Part shown: positions 1 to 59,364 of the stretch, piece by piece
Layout of the letters: each line of letters starts with the position of its first letter
How positions within the stretch are numbered: position 1 is the first letter of the stretch
Notes under the pieces: generated by a model
Databases searched by the model: none
What the model was told of the DNA's origin: nothing
The model's input: the letters and a program-made list of their open reading frames with translations, nothing else
NCBI GenBank assembly: GCA_030390025.1
Contig: JASTWF010000344.1
Location: 248,001 to 312,000, forward strand
Length of the DNA: 64,000 nucleotides
Reading direction: 5' to 3'
Source of the DNA: Squalus acanthias
Lineage: Eukaryota
Made by a program: the position numbers and the translations under genes

Positions 1-322
1 GAAAAAATAGAGTCGAGATAGGAAGAGATAAGTTCCGTGGGGCAAGAACAGGTTGAAACGATGGGTCTACCAGGGCAGTCCTGTTTGTGGATCTTGGGAA
101 GGAGGTAGAAGCGGGCTGTGCAGGGTTGGGGAACTATGAGGTTGGCGGCCGTGGGGGGAAGATCTCCAGAGGAGATGAGGTCAGTGACGGTCTTGGAAAT
201 GGTGGCTTGATGTTTGGTAGTGGGGTCATGGTCCAGGCGGAGGTAGGAGGAGGTGTCGGAGAGTTGGCATTCAGCTTCCACTAGGTAGAGGTCGGTTCGC
301 CAAACAACAACAGCACCACCGC
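1..322 (-). mobile_element. Penelope-like element, RT N-terminal fragment
   Basis: Minus-strand translation GGAVVVWRTDLY...ARFYLLPKIHKQDCPGRPIVSTCSCPTELISSYLD, a PLE RT motif set. Confidence 0.85.
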
Positions 323-477
323 TTTGTGGAACACCTCCATTCAGTCCGTAAGGGGGACCCCGAGCTTCCGGTCGCCTTTCACTTTAATTCTCCGCTCCAC
401 TCCCACTCAAACCTCACTGTCCTTGGCCTCTTGCATTGTTCCACTGAAGCTCAGCGTAAACTCGAGGAACAGCACCT

Positions 478-3400
478 CATAGATAGAACAGTACAGCACA
501 GTACAGGCCCTTCGGCCCTCGATGTTGTGCCGAGCATTGTCCGAAACCAAGATCAAGCTATCCCACTCCCTATCACTCTGGTGTGCTCCATGTGCTTATC
601 CAATAACCGCTTGAAAGTTCCTAAAGTGTCCGACTCCACTATCACAGCAGGCAGTCCATTCCACACCCCAACCACTCTCTGAGTAAAGAATCTACCTCGG
701 ACATCCCTTCTATATCTCCCCCCATGCACCTTATAGTTATGCCCCCTTGTAACAGCTGCCTCTACCCGAGGAAATAGTCTCTGAACATCCACTCTATCTA
801 TCCCCCTCATCATCTTATAAACCTCTATTAAGTCGCCTCTCATCCTCCTCCGCTCTAAAGAGAAAAGCCCTAACTCCCTCAATCTTTCCTCATAAGACCT
901 CCCCCCCAAACCAGGCAGCATCCTGGTAAATCTCCTCTGCACTCTTTCCAATGCTTCCACGTCCTTCCTATAGTGAGGTGACCAGAACTGCACACACTAT
1001 TCCAAATGTGGTCTCACCAAGGTCCTGTACAGTTGCAGCATAACCTCACGGTTCTTAAACTCAAACCCCCTGTTAATAAACGCCAACACACCATAGGCCT
1101 TCTTTACTGCTCTATCCACTTGAGTGGCAACCTTCAGAGATCTGTGGATATGAACCCCCAGATCCCTCTGTTCCTCCACGTTCCTCAGAACCCTGCCGTT
1201 GACCCTGTAATCCTTATTTAAATTTGCCCTACCAAAATGAATCACCTCGCACTTATCAGGGTTAAATTCCATCTGCCATTTTTCGGCCCAGCTCTGCATC
1301 CTATCAATGTCTCTTTGCAGCCTACAACAGCCCTCCACCTCATCCACTACTCCACCAATCTTGGTGTCATCAGCAAATTTACTGATCCACCCTTCAGTCC
1401 CCTCCTCCAAGTCATTGATAAAAATCACAAACAGCAGAGGACCCAGCACCGACCCCTGTGGCACACCGCTGGTAACTGGTCTCCAGTCCGAAAATTTTCC
1501 ATCCACCACCACCCTCTGCCTTCTATGAGATAGCCAGTTACTTATCCAATCGGCCAAATTTCCCTCTATCCCACAACTCCTTACTTTCTTCATGAGCCGA
1601 CCATGGGGAACCTTATCAAACGCCTTACTAAAATCCATGTATACGACATCAACTGCTCTACCTTCATCTACACACTTAGTTACCTCCTCAAAGAATTCAA
1701 TCAAATTTGTTAGGCAAGACTTACCCTTCACGAATCCGTGTTGACTATCCCTGATTAAGTTGCCTCTTTCCAAATGGTCATAAATCCTATCCCTCAGGAC
1801 CTTTTCCATTATCTTACCAACCACCGAAGTAAGACTAACCGGCCTATAATTACCAGGGTCATTCCTATTTCCTTTCTTGAAGAGAGGAACAACATTCGCC
1901 ACTCTCCAGTCCTCTGGCACCATCCCCGTGGGCAGTGAGGACCCAAAGATCAAAGCCAAAGGCTCTGCAATCTCCTCCCTTGCCTCCCAAAGAATCCTAG
2001 GATATATCCCATCTGGCCCAGGGGACTTATCGACCCTCAGGTTCTTCAAAATTGCTAAAACATCTTCCCTCAGAACATCTACCTCCTCCAGCCTATCCAC
2101 CTTTATCACACTCTCATCCTCAAGAACATGGCCCCTCTCCTCAGTGAACACTGACGAAAAGTATTCATTCATCACCTCTCCTATCTCTTCTGACTCCATG
2201 CACAAGTTCCCACTACTGTCCTTGACCGGCCCTACCCTCACCCTGGTCATTCTTTTATTTCTCACATAAGAGTAAAAAGCCTTGGGGTTTTTCTTGATCC
2301 GACCCGCCAAGGACTTCTCATGCCCCCTCCTAGCTCTCCTAAGCTCTTTTTTTAGCTCATTCCTTGCTACCTTGTACCCCTCAATCGACCCAACTGAACC
2401 TTGTTTTCTCATCCTTACATACGCTTCCTTTTTCCTCCTGACTAGACATTCAACCTCTTTTGTGAACCATGGTTCTCTCACTCGGCCATTTCCTCCCTGC
2501 CTGACAGGGACATACCTATCAAGGACACGCAGTAATTGCTCCATGAAAAAGCTCCACTTTTCGTTTGTGCCTTTCCCTGATAGTTTCTGTTCCCATCTTA
2601 TGCTCCCTAATTCTTGCCTAATCGCATCATAATTACCCCTCCCCCAATTATAAACCCTGCCCTGCCGTATGGCCCTATCCCTCTCCATTGCAATAGTGAA
2701 AGTCACCGAATTGTGGTCACTATCTCCAAAGTGCTCTCCCACATACAAATCAAACACTTGGCCCGGTTCATTACCCAGTACCAAATCCAATGTGGCCCCA
2801 CCTCTTGTCGGCCTATCCACATATTGTGTCAGGAAACCCTCCTGCACACACTGTGCAAAAACTATCCCATCCGAACTGTTTGACCTATAAAGGTTCCAAT
2901 CAATATTTGGAAAGTTGAAGTCATCCATGACAACTACTCTGTGACCTCCACACCTATTCATAATCTGCTTTGCAATTTCTTCCTCCACATCTCTATTACT
3001 ATTTGGGGGCCTGTAGAAAACTCCTAACAACGTGACCGCTCCTTTCCTATTTCTAACTTCAGCCCATATTACCTCAGACGGCAGATCCCCCTCGAACTGC
3101 CTTTCTGCCGCTGTTAAACTATCCTTGATTAACAATGCTACTCCTCCACCTTTTTTACCACCTTCCCTACTCTTACTGAAACATCTATACCCCGGAACTT
3201 CCAACAACCATTCCTGTCCCTGTTCTAACCATGTCTCCGTAATGGCCACCACATCGTAGTCCCAAGTACCAATCCACGCTCCAAGTTCTCCTACCTTATT
3301 CCGGATGCTCCTTGCATTGAAGTAGACACACTTCAAGCCATCTTCCTGTCTGCCGGTACATTCCTGCGACCTTGATACCCTCCTCAGTACCTCCCTACAC

Positions 3401-3660
3401 TCACCACTGGCTCCTGGACTACAGCCCTTTTTCCCATCCCCCTGACAAATTAGTTTAAACCCCCCCGAAGAGCCGTAGCAAATTTCCCTCCCAGGATATT
3501 GGTGCCCCTCTGGTTCAGGTGCAAACCGTCCTGTTTGTACAGGTCCCACCTTCCCCAGAATGTGCTCCAATTATCCACATAACTGAAACCCTCCCCCCTA
3601 CACCATCCCTGCAGCCACGTGTTTATCTGCACTCTCTCCCTGTTCCTCAACTCGCTAGCA
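478..3660 (-). mobile_element. CR1 LINE, 5'-truncated (ORF1 esterase end plus ORF2 EN-RT with one premature TAG at 997-999)
   Basis: APE motifs (NARSI, ITETWL, SDHN), RT motifs (PQGSVLGP, KFADD), CR1 3' end with TTCTATCTATG tail. Confidence 0.95.
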
Positions 3661-4017
3661 CGATTAGGCACTTTACAGCCTTCTGGACTCAACATAGAGT
3701 TCAACAATTTCAGATCATAACCTTGGCCCCTATCCTATATATATTTTTTATCCACACCTTTTGTTTGTGTCTTTTCTTCTCCCACATGGCAGCTGTCTTT
3801 CATTCTGCCAGCGCAATTTACACTTAATCTAGAGCCATCCTTTGTTTCTTAACCTGTCCCATTACCATCTCCTTTTGCCTTGAATATCTCTTAATGTCTC
3901 TTAATCTCTCCTGCCTTCTATCCTATCACAGACCTTCCCTTTTGTTCTTTCATCCCCTCCCCCATTTTCCAGACCCTACACTTGCTTAAAAATCTGTTCC
4001 ATTTCCTGCTTTTTTCC

Positions 4018-4054
4018 AGTTCTGACGGAAGGTCCTCGACCTGAAACGTTAACT
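4018..4054 (+). ncRNA. Degenerate minimal hammerhead ribozyme motif in the PLE pLTR
   Basis: AGTT-CTGACGG-A-AGGTC-CTC-GACCT-GAAA-CGTT-AACT. Stem I AGTT/AACT, stem II AGGTC/GACCT, palindromic stem III AACGTT. Core differs from CTGANGA at one base. Confidence 0.55.
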
Positions 4055-4389
4055 CTGTTTCTCTCTTCACAGATGCTGCCTGACCTGCTGAGTTTCTCCA
4101 GCATTTTCTGTTTTTATTTCAGATTTCCAGCATCTGCAGTATTTTCTTTTTGTTGTAGCGATTTTATAATGTTTTTACGGGTGTGGGTGCTCTATAGAGG
4201 AGAGGGCATTCGAATCAGATTAAGTTGCAGTGTTTTAATTGAAAAATATCCTGAACTGAATTGAGGAGAAAGCTGTCTGTGGCAGAGGCAGCAAGTGAGC
4301 CAGCTCTCAGTCCGTGGCTGCTTCTGTGGGTCTTTCAGCTTGTTAAAAAATCCTCCTTGTTCCATTGCAAATATGTTTTCCTCTCTCCT

Positions 4390-4525
4390 GTCCCTGACCC
4401 CCGGACCCCTCCCTGATCCCCGGACCCCTCCCTGATCCCCGGACCCTTCCCTGACCCCCGGGCCCCGTGCCTGTTCCCTGGACCCCTCCGTGACCCCCCA
4501 GACACCGCCCTGACCCTGGACTCCG
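4390..4525. repeat. ~21-bp C-rich tandem repeat
   Basis: Repeated CCCCGGACCCCTCCCTGA. Confidence 0.8.
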
Positions 4526-4554
4526 GCACTGACAGTGTTAACAGGACTGGGCTC

Positions 4555-5190
4555 CAGCAATGTCGGGGTTAGCCATCTCCGGCAATGCCGGGGTTAACCA
4601 GCTCCGACACCGACAGGGTTACCTGGCTCTGGCACCAATGGGGTTAACTGGCTCCGGCAATGCCGGGGTTAACCGTCTCAGGCACTGCCGGGGTTAACCG
4701 GACTGGTCTTCGGCACTGACGGGCTAACTGTGCTCCGGCACCGATGGGGTTAACCGTGCTCCGGCAATGCCGGGGTTAACCGGACCGGGCTCTGGCAATG
4801 CCGGGGTTAACCGTCTCAGGCACTGCCGGGGTTAACCGGACTGGTCTTCGGCACTGACGGGGCCAACTGTGCTCCGGCACCGATGGGGTTAACCGTGCTC
4901 CGGCAATGCCGGGGTTAACCGGACCGGGCTCTGGCAATGCCGGGGTTAACCGGCTCCAGCGCTGACAGGGTTAACCAGGCTCCGGCATTGCCAGGGTAAA
5001 CCGACTCCAGCACCAACGGAGTTAACCGGCTCCGGCACCGACTGGGTTAACTGGCTCCAGCAATGATGGGGTTAACCGGCTCCGGCACTGCCGAAGTTAA
5101 CCGTGCTCCGGCAATGCTGGGGTTAACCGTGCTCTGGCAATGATGGGGTTAACCGTGCTCTGGCAATGATGGGGTTAACTGGCTCCGCCA
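4555..5190. repeat. 25-30-bp minisatellite with palindromic GGTTAACC core
   Basis: Units like GGGGTTAACCGTGCTCCGGCAATGCC. Confidence 0.9.
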
Positions 5191-5559
5191 GCAGACGCTG
5201 TGTTTATTTCGGGGATTGGCTGCTTGTTGTTTTAGCCCAGCTCCTGGCGCTGGCAGAGCGGACGCGGAATGTCTGGCTTTTCCTGCCCTGGGATTTATCC
5301 GTCTCCGGGGCATGTCGCCGCTTGTGCCGCCCACATGAAGTGGCCACTCTGGATCCTCAAGCGCTCGCCGCAATCTCCTTCCAGAAAATTCTTCAGGTGT
5401 CTGGAAACTTCATTAACCGAGTGAGGCACGCACTCTGCAGTGGCCAAGAGGCATTGGGCAGAGCAGCCAAGCTCCCAACTAAACATTCAGGAATCTCAAG
5501 CACGGACTGCAGCAGAATAGATTTCAGCAAGGTTTTACAGATGCAATGGAAGTGGCAAA

Positions 5560-6960
5560 TTCTCCCGAACTTCACATCTCTCTTCACCCTCCACGCCCTC
5601 ACCATCTCTTGCAATCTTTCCACATCCGAGGTTTTAATCACAGATAACAAAATCTCCCTCCCCTCTCCCAACTCCACTACCCTCACCCGTCTACCCCTGG
5701 GCAAAGCTTCCAGCAGCTCCCTTGTCACTTGTTCCTCTCACTCTCCTTTTCACCCTCCACCTGCCATAACTCCTGTTCCCTAAACTGTTCCCTCCCCTCT
5801 ACTTTTAACACCTCGTTCATTCTGTTGCTCCCCCCATACACCCCATCCCATCCCCATCCCCGTTCCCGAAAATCAGAAGGACACACGACCAGTCTCATCC
5901 TCCATGGTCTAACCAGGATTGACCGTATAGAGCCAGACCTTGCCTGGCCCTCCTGCCAGACTCCCTCTATTCCAAAATCACCCCGGGGGGAGAGGGGGGG
6001 GGGGGGGACAGTCCGAGGGTCCTCTCCACCATGATCAATCAAAGCCCCTTCTGCTTGCCCCACCCTCACCTCCAGTACTAGAGGACCTCGTGAAATGTTG
6101 TCCCTAAGATCACGACCACCCACAGCATTGCCTCTACTCTTACACCCTCTCCTCTCACCATCAGCCCTCCAGTCTGCCAACCATTCTTTCCCCCACCCCT
6201 CTTCACTTAGCAGTTTCTCAACCATCTCCCCATTTGCCCTCTCCAAATTCATGTCTTCCATCAGACCCACCTTCTACCCTCTTGATCCCCTCCCCAGCTA
6301 CCACTCCTGGCCTGCATGCCGACATTGGCACCGTCCCTCTCCCCTTGCAAACTGTGGACATCACCCCCATTCATAAAACCCATCCTTGACCAACCGTCCT
6401 GTCATCTCATGTCTACCCTCCCTTTCCTCTCTAAGACTGTGTCTTGTGTCACCAGTTCCCAGCTTCACACCCTCTGCTCTGGCATCTGCTGAGTCCACTC
6501 TTACTAACATCCTGAATGATATTCTCTGTGGTATTGACCATTGTACGCTGTCCCTCCCTGACCCCCTTGACCTTTCTGCAGCACTCACATGGTCAATCAT
6601 GCTGTCCTCCTCTGTTGCCTCTCCTCCATTGTCCAGCCCCTGTGTGCTTTACCTCTCTGAACATAGCCAGTGCCCATCACCCCCACCTATCACTCCCGCC
6701 CATCCCTCATCACCCCTGCCCATCACCCCCGCCCACCACCCCCGCCCATCACCCCATCCCTCACCACCCCCGCCCATCACCCCATCCCTCACCACCCCCG
6801 CCCACCACCCCCGCCCATCACTCGCTGACTTATGCTGGCTTCCTCATGTCCCTCCAGGGTCTCACTCTGCCCTCCCTCTGCAACCTGCTCCAGATTTACT
6901 TTCCGTCCTATGTCCTTTGGTCTTTGAGTCTAGTCTCCTGTCGATCGAGCCTGGCTCGAG
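5560..6960 (+). mobile_element. Highly degenerate L2-like LINE remnant with an internal C-rich repeat (~6670-6820)
   Basis: Relic RT motifs: NRPVIS, LPFLSK, and ESTLTNILNDILC...LDLSAA (compare L2 STETAL..NDIL..LLDLSAAFD). Confidence 0.65.
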
Positions 6961-7513
6961 GGAGCTATTCTGTTGCTGAGCCACACAGAGCCAGGGCTCA
7001 GTCCCTGGTGTGTGCTGTGATCGCTGAGCTCAGCCCATGCTACAGCTCTCTTCAGCAGCTTGGGACTCAGATGGGGAAAGTCAGTCAGGAGTCCCCCCGC
7101 TGATTGCTTTCCATCAGGTAAGGACAGCCGGCTATTTGGCTGTGGTGGGCATCAGAGTCAGCCGGATTAGTCTTTACCTGACATACACTTCCTTTGCATG
7201 GCTGGTGATCAGGAGCAGAGACCCTGGATTATTGTCCCTGTCCCGTAAAGTCTGTAGAGTCTACCTGGCTGCGATCACCTCACTCTGCACAGTCTGGTCA
7301 GGGCACAGTCTGGGGAAGTCAGACAGATGCATTTCCTGCAAATCTACGATGGCAAATCCAGTGGCAGACTGACTGCCCCATGGGACCTGGTCAGGGAACT
7401 GCCGTTGCCCCCCATCACCCCCAGCATGTGGGGGGGGGGGGGTGGGCGGTATTTGGCGGGAGTGCATGGAATTGTAAATTTGCTACAGTTAATCAGGAGT
7501 AAAACAAAAAGGC

Positions 7514-7695
7514 AAAACTGCAAACACTGGAAATTTGAATTAAAAACAGAAAACGCTGGAAATACACAGCAGGGCATTCGGTGTCTAGAGAGAGGAGACG
7601 TGGAGCGCGAGAGACGGAGTATTGCTGAGAATGGCGCACTCTCTCCAGACCCGCTGATTGGTGTGCTGAGTATTTCCAGCGTTTTCTGTTTTTCT
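7514..7695. mobile_element. Small Penelope pLTR-derived inverted-repeat element
   Basis: Arms AAAAACAGAAAACGCTGGAAATACACAGCA and TGCTGAGTATTTCCAGCGTTTTCTGTTTTT, similar to 4085-4150. Confidence 0.7.
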
Positions 7696-7811
7696 TGCTG
7701 TCGATCGATGTTTATTCTTTTTTCCACCTTTCTGTTCCAGGCGCCTCTCTGGCTGTGAATAATCCAGAATCCCACATCACCATTTCTGTTAACTCATCAA
7801 TGAAACCAGTT

Positions 7812-8675
7812 CTGGTGAAATGGGCAGACACGCGGCAGATGAAATTTAACACAGAGAAGTGTGAAGTGATACATTTTGGTAGGAAGAATGAGGAGAGGCA
7901 ATATAAACTAAATGGTATAATTTTAAAGGGTGTGCAGGAACAGAGAGACCTGGGGGTGTACGTACACAAGTCTTTGAAGGTGGCAGGACAAGTTGAGAAG
8001 ACTGTTAAAAAGACACACAGGATCCTGGGCTTTATTAATAGAGGCATAGAGTGCAAAAGAATGGAAGTTATGCTAAACCTTCATAAAACACTGGTTCGAC
8101 CTCAGCTGGAGTATTGTGTCCAATTCTGGGCACCGCACTTTAGGAAGGATGTCAAGGCCTTGGAGAGGGTGCAGAGGAGATTTACTAGAATGGTCCCAGG
8201 GATGAGGGACCTCAGTTATGTGGAGAGACTGGAGAAGCTGGGATTATTCTCCTCAGAACAGAGAAGGTTAAGAGGAGATTTAATAGAAGTGTTCAAAATC
8301 TTGAAGGGTTTTGATAGAGTAAATAAGGAGAAACTGTTTCCAGTGGCAGGAGGGTCGGTAACCAGAGGACACAGATTTAAAGTGATTGGCAAAAGAACCA
8401 GAGGGGAGATGAGCAACGTTGCTGCTAAGCTGCACAGCCGCGCACAGGCCACTCCCCGGCTTGTACACGTATGAAACCGTGCACGCTCTCAAATTTGAAT
8501 GGGCTGTGCAGCCAGTTAAAAGGAAGGAAAAATTAGAGGGAACATTGGAGATGAGGAGAATTTTTTTTCCACAGCGAGTGGTTGTGATCTGGACTGCGCT
8601 GCCTGAAAGGGCGGTGGAAGCAGATTCAATAGTAACTTTCAAAACGATATTGGATAAATACTTGAAAAGGAACAT
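7812..8675 (+). mobile_element. CR1 3' RT fragment interrupted by a MITE
   Basis: WADTRQMKFNTEKCEVIHFG...RGHRFKVIGKR, continuing as MRRIFFPQRVV after the insert. Confidence 0.92.
8414..8547. mobile_element. hAT-type MITE (134 bp)
   Basis: 8-bp TSD GAGATGAG (8406-8413 and 8548-8555); imperfect TIRs CAACGTTGCTGCTAA and revcomp CAATGTTCCCTCTAA. Confidence 0.8.
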
Positions 8676-8989
8676 TTTGTCATGTTTGCCTGTAACGTTT
8701 TAGAAGCTCTCTTCCAGGAGATTACTGCCAGTGTATCTTCCTGCGGTTACCGGGAGATAAGACCTGGTCACTCTGAGTATCAACAACTCACAGCAATTCC
8801 ACCAGCAGCAATGAGACAGGGAAGTGGATTTAAAACACTGACTCGTCCCTAGACTCAAGTGACAGGTACAGCTCCCGTAGGTATCCGCTAACAAAGCCAA
8901 AGCTGAGAGAAAGGGACTGGGAGGGAGAGAGACAGACAGAGCGAGGGAGAGACGGATTGAACAGTACGGAATTATTTACAGAACGGAAA

Positions 8990-9250
8990 CTACAAACATT
9001 CCAAAATTATTACTGTTTTTAGAGGATGAAGGAAAAAGAAGCAGCGAATCAGGGACCGAGAGTCACATTCCGAGCAAACAGCAGGGAGTGTACCTTTTAA
9101 TGAAAGGGAGGAGAGGGCAGAGACTTTCAAAGTGCTTTTGTTTTTGTTTTGGGAAAGCTGCTTGGGACAGAATGCCAACATATGATGTCACTCGACAGAA
9201 ATCATCGGTGATTTAAAACACAGAGAGTGAGTAGCAGCAACCACTTGGAG
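8990..9250 (+). promoter_or_regulatory. Candidate COMP core/proximal promoter
   Basis: Last unique block before the 25-bp array. Contains CRE-like TGATGTCA (9183-9190), TATA-like GATTTAAAA (~9210-9218), two ACATTCC TEAD-like motifs and TTTTGTT SOX/Fox-like motifs. Motif-only inference. Confidence 0.3.
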
Positions 9251-10316
9251 CAAAGCTTAGACAGAGAGGTGGAACAGGATTAGAGAGAGAGAGCTGGAGC
9301 AGGCTTAGAGAGAGAGAGCAGGAGCCAGCTTAGCGAGAGAGAGCTGGAGCAGGCTTAGAGAGAGATAGCAGAAGCAGGCTTAGAGAGCGAGAGCAGGAGC
9401 CGGCTTAGAGAGAGAGAGCAGGAGCAGGCTTAGAGAGAGAGAGCAGGAGCAGGCTTAGAGAGCGAGAGCAGGAACAGGCTTAGAGAGAGAGCAGGAGCAG
9501 GCTTAGAGAGAGAGAGCAGGAGCAGGCTTAGAGAGAGAGAGCAGGAGCAGGCTTAGAGAGAGAGAGCAGGAGCAGGCTTAGAGAGCGAGAGCAGGAGCCG
9601 GCTTAGAGAGAGAGAGCTGGAGCAGGCTTAGAGAGAGAGAGCAGGAGCAGGCTTAGAGAGCGAGAGCAGGAGCCGGCTTAGAGAGAGAGAGCTGGAGCAG
9701 GCTTAGAGAGAGAGAGAGCAGGAGCAGGCTTAGAGAGAGAGCAGGAGCAGGCTTAGAGAGCGAGAGCAGAAGCAGGCTTAGAGAGAGAGAGCAGGAGCAG
9801 GCTTAGAGAGCGAGAGCAGGAGCAGGCTTAGAGAGCGAGAGCAGGAGCAGGCTTAGAGAGCGAGAGCAGGAACAGGCTTAGAGAGAGAGAACAGGAGCAG
9901 GCTTAGAGAGAGAGAGCTGGAGCAGACTTAGAGAGAGAGAACAGGAGCAGGCTTAGAGAGAGAGCAGGAGCAGGCTTAGAGAAAGAGAGCAGGAGCCGGC
10001 TTAAAGAGAGAGAGCAGGAGCAGGCTTAGAGAGAGAGAGCAGGAGCAGGCTTAGAGAGAGAGAGCAGGAGCAGGCTTAGAGAGAGAGAGCAGGAGCAGGC
10101 TTAGAGAGAGAGAACAGGAGCAGGCTTAGAGAGAGAGCTGGAACAGGCTTAGAGAGAGAGAACAGGAGCAGGCTTAGAGAGAGAGAGCTGGAACAGGCTT
10201 AGAGAGAGAGAGCAGGAGCTGGCTTAGAGAGAGAGAGGTGGAACAGGCTTAGAGAGAGAGAACAGGAGCAGGCTTAGAGAGAGAGAGCAGGAGCAGGCTT
10301 AGAGAGAGAGAGCAGA
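9248..10316. repeat. ~25-bp purine-rich minisatellite immediately upstream of the COMP ATG
   Basis: GAGCAGGCTTAGAGAGAGAGAGCAG, roughly 40 copies. Confidence 0.95.
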
Positions 10317-10410
10317 AGAGCGGGCAATAGTTGCTTTCTGGATTTAGCAGTGAGCTGAGAGCTGGGTCAGACTGCGAGAGATCACATCAACCGGAATCCT
10401 CCGATACAAA

Positions 10411-57258
<46,848 letters not shown>

Positions 57259-57437
57259 AGGTTGGATCCTGAACCCCCGAAACCATCAGACCTTTTAAAC
57301 CCTGACAAGTGATGGCCTCTCATCAAACTTTCAATCAACATTTCTGAATCTTCCCCGCAGTTTTACTGTGAAACCAACGACTTCAACAATTGGAACCTCC
57401 CGAAATGGTGAGAAACAGCGGATCTTCAGCGAGGCTG

Positions 57438-57982
57438 ATCAATCGATCGACTGGGTCCTCGTCACTCGCGAGAAGGCCGATCGATCAATTGGGTCCTTGT
57501 CACTCGCAATCGATCGGGTCCTCGCTGCTCGCGAGAAGATCGATCGATCGACTGGGTCCTCGTTACTCGCGAGAAGGTCAATCGATCGACTGGGTCCTCG
57601 TCACTCGCGACTGATCGATCGACTGGGTCCTCGGCACTCGCGATTGATCGATCGACTGGGTCCTCGGCACTCGCGATTGATCGATCGACTGGGTCCTCGG
57701 CACTCGCGATTGATCGATCGACTGGGTCCTTGTTATTCGCGAGAAGGTCAATTGATCGACCGGGTCCTCGTCACTCGCGATCGATCGATCGACTGGGACC
57801 TTGTTACTCGCGAGGTCAATCAATCGACTGGGTACCTCACTACTCGCAGTTGATTGATCGACTGGGTCCTTGCTACTCACAAGAAGATCGATCGATCGAT
57901 CGATCGACTGGGTCCTCGTCACTCGCGATCGATCGGCTGGGTTCTCGTTACTTGCGAGAAGGGCGATCGATCGATCGACCAG
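57438..57982. repeat. 33-42-bp CpG-rich minisatellite in the presumed COMP 3'UTR
   Basis: TGATCGATCGACTGGGTCCTCGGCACTCGCGAT units. Confidence 0.92.
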
Positions 57983-58162
57983 TTTCTGGATTTCACTTTA
58001 TTTCTCATCAAAATCGAGTCACCTCTTTGATGTTTTGGAAAGTTTAGTATATGTTACAACAGCACAGTCTGATTGGATGTTTAGCAGGCGTTGGTGCAAA
58101 GGCGCAGGACTGAGTGAAGTGGAGACTGGGTTTGGTCAGAGCTGTGCTCAATGAGCAAGATG

Positions 58163-58698
58163 GAATCGTAGAATCCTGGAAACTTACAGCACAGAAGGAG
58201 GCCATTCGGCCCGTTGTGCCTGTGCTGGCTCTGTGAAAGAGCTGTCGTGCTCAGTCCCACCCCCCCCCCGGCTTCTTGCCCGTAACCCTGTCAGCTCCAC
58301 ATCCTCCAGAACCGTCCGACTCCCTTTTAAAATTATTGATGGAATCAGCTTCCACCACCTTTTCAGGTCGAGCGTTCCAGATCCCCACAACTCTCAGTGA
58401 AAACATTTCTCCTCGTCTCCCCTCGATCTTTCACCAATGATTTTGAATCGATGACCTCTGGTTATTGACCCACTCGCCAGAGGGAATAGTCTTTCTCTCT
58501 CTACTCGATCAAAACCTCTCACCATCTGAAAACCTCGATTAGGTCACCTCTTAACCGTCTCTGTTCCAAGGAGAACAGTCCGAACCTTTCCAGCCGCTCC
58601 TCATAACTGAAGTCCCTCATCCCCGGTAACATCCTGGTAAACCTCCTCTGCACCCTTTCTGAGGCCTTTACCTCTTTCCTGAAGTGTGGAGCCCAGAT
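58163..58698 (-). mobile_element. CR1 3' fragment
   Basis: [22 protein letters not shown]...GDLIEVF. Confidence 0.9.
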
Positions 58699-59255
58699 TA
58701 AAGGTCTCGAGATATTCACCTGTCCAATCTTACCAAACCCCAATTGCCAATCCTGCCCCATTTGTTAGACTTGGCGTCGGGGGTCAGGGTCACTGGCTGT
58801 TTTGTGGCGGTTGGTGTTCTGCTCCCCCCATCATGTTTCATTCTTTCACTCCTGATATCACCACATCCAATTGAAATGTCACGTCACAGCTGAACTCCAG
58901 CAAACTGTGGTTGACACACTGGTTTGTGACTTTCAAACTCCCCCCTCCCCCGCCCATTTACCATGCTGACCCCGGATTCTAAACTTCTGCATCACTGGGA
59001 AGGAACTATTAATAGACACTCGTTACTCAGTGACAGACAGAAAGTGTCGACAAACAAGAGTAACAGACTGTAACAGATGCATCTTTTCTAATTGGCGTCG
59101 CTTATTTTTGTACATTGTCGATTTTATATGGACTTTAGCAACATGGAATTTACTAAATCAAAGGTGACCCAGATATAACCCATAATATGCAGCATTTTAA
59201 TTCACTGCAAAGATTTTCTGAATATAATGTCACCTGCATGTATAAAAAAAACCTA

Positions 59256-59261
59256 AATAAA
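59256..59261 (+). terminator. Candidate COMP polyadenylation signal AATAAA
   Basis: Canonical hexamer in an AU-rich UTR-like stretch ~2 kb after the stop, with GT-rich sequence downstream. Confidence 0.45.
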
Positions 59262-59364
59262 TATTCCTGGCACTGCGCAAAAATTGTTTCTTGTTCATAG
59301 GTGTTTGGTACAGGAACTGGCATGATGGGCAGAATTGCCTTCTGCATGACTCTAGGAGGGAGAG

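Larger units (their letters stand above)
320..4152 (+). mobile_element. Penelope-like element, GIY-YIG C-terminus and pLTR, split by a CR1 insertion
   Basis: RFVEHLHSV...PVAFHFNS...RKLEEQHLI (320-480) resumes as RLGTLQPSGLNIEFNNFRS* (3661-3720); terminal repeat runs to ~4152. Confidence 0.85.

Noticed and set aside
4192..4560. 122-aa minus-strand ORF as a divergent gene exon
   Set aside because: Half of it is tandem repeat, with no recognisable domain or splice support.
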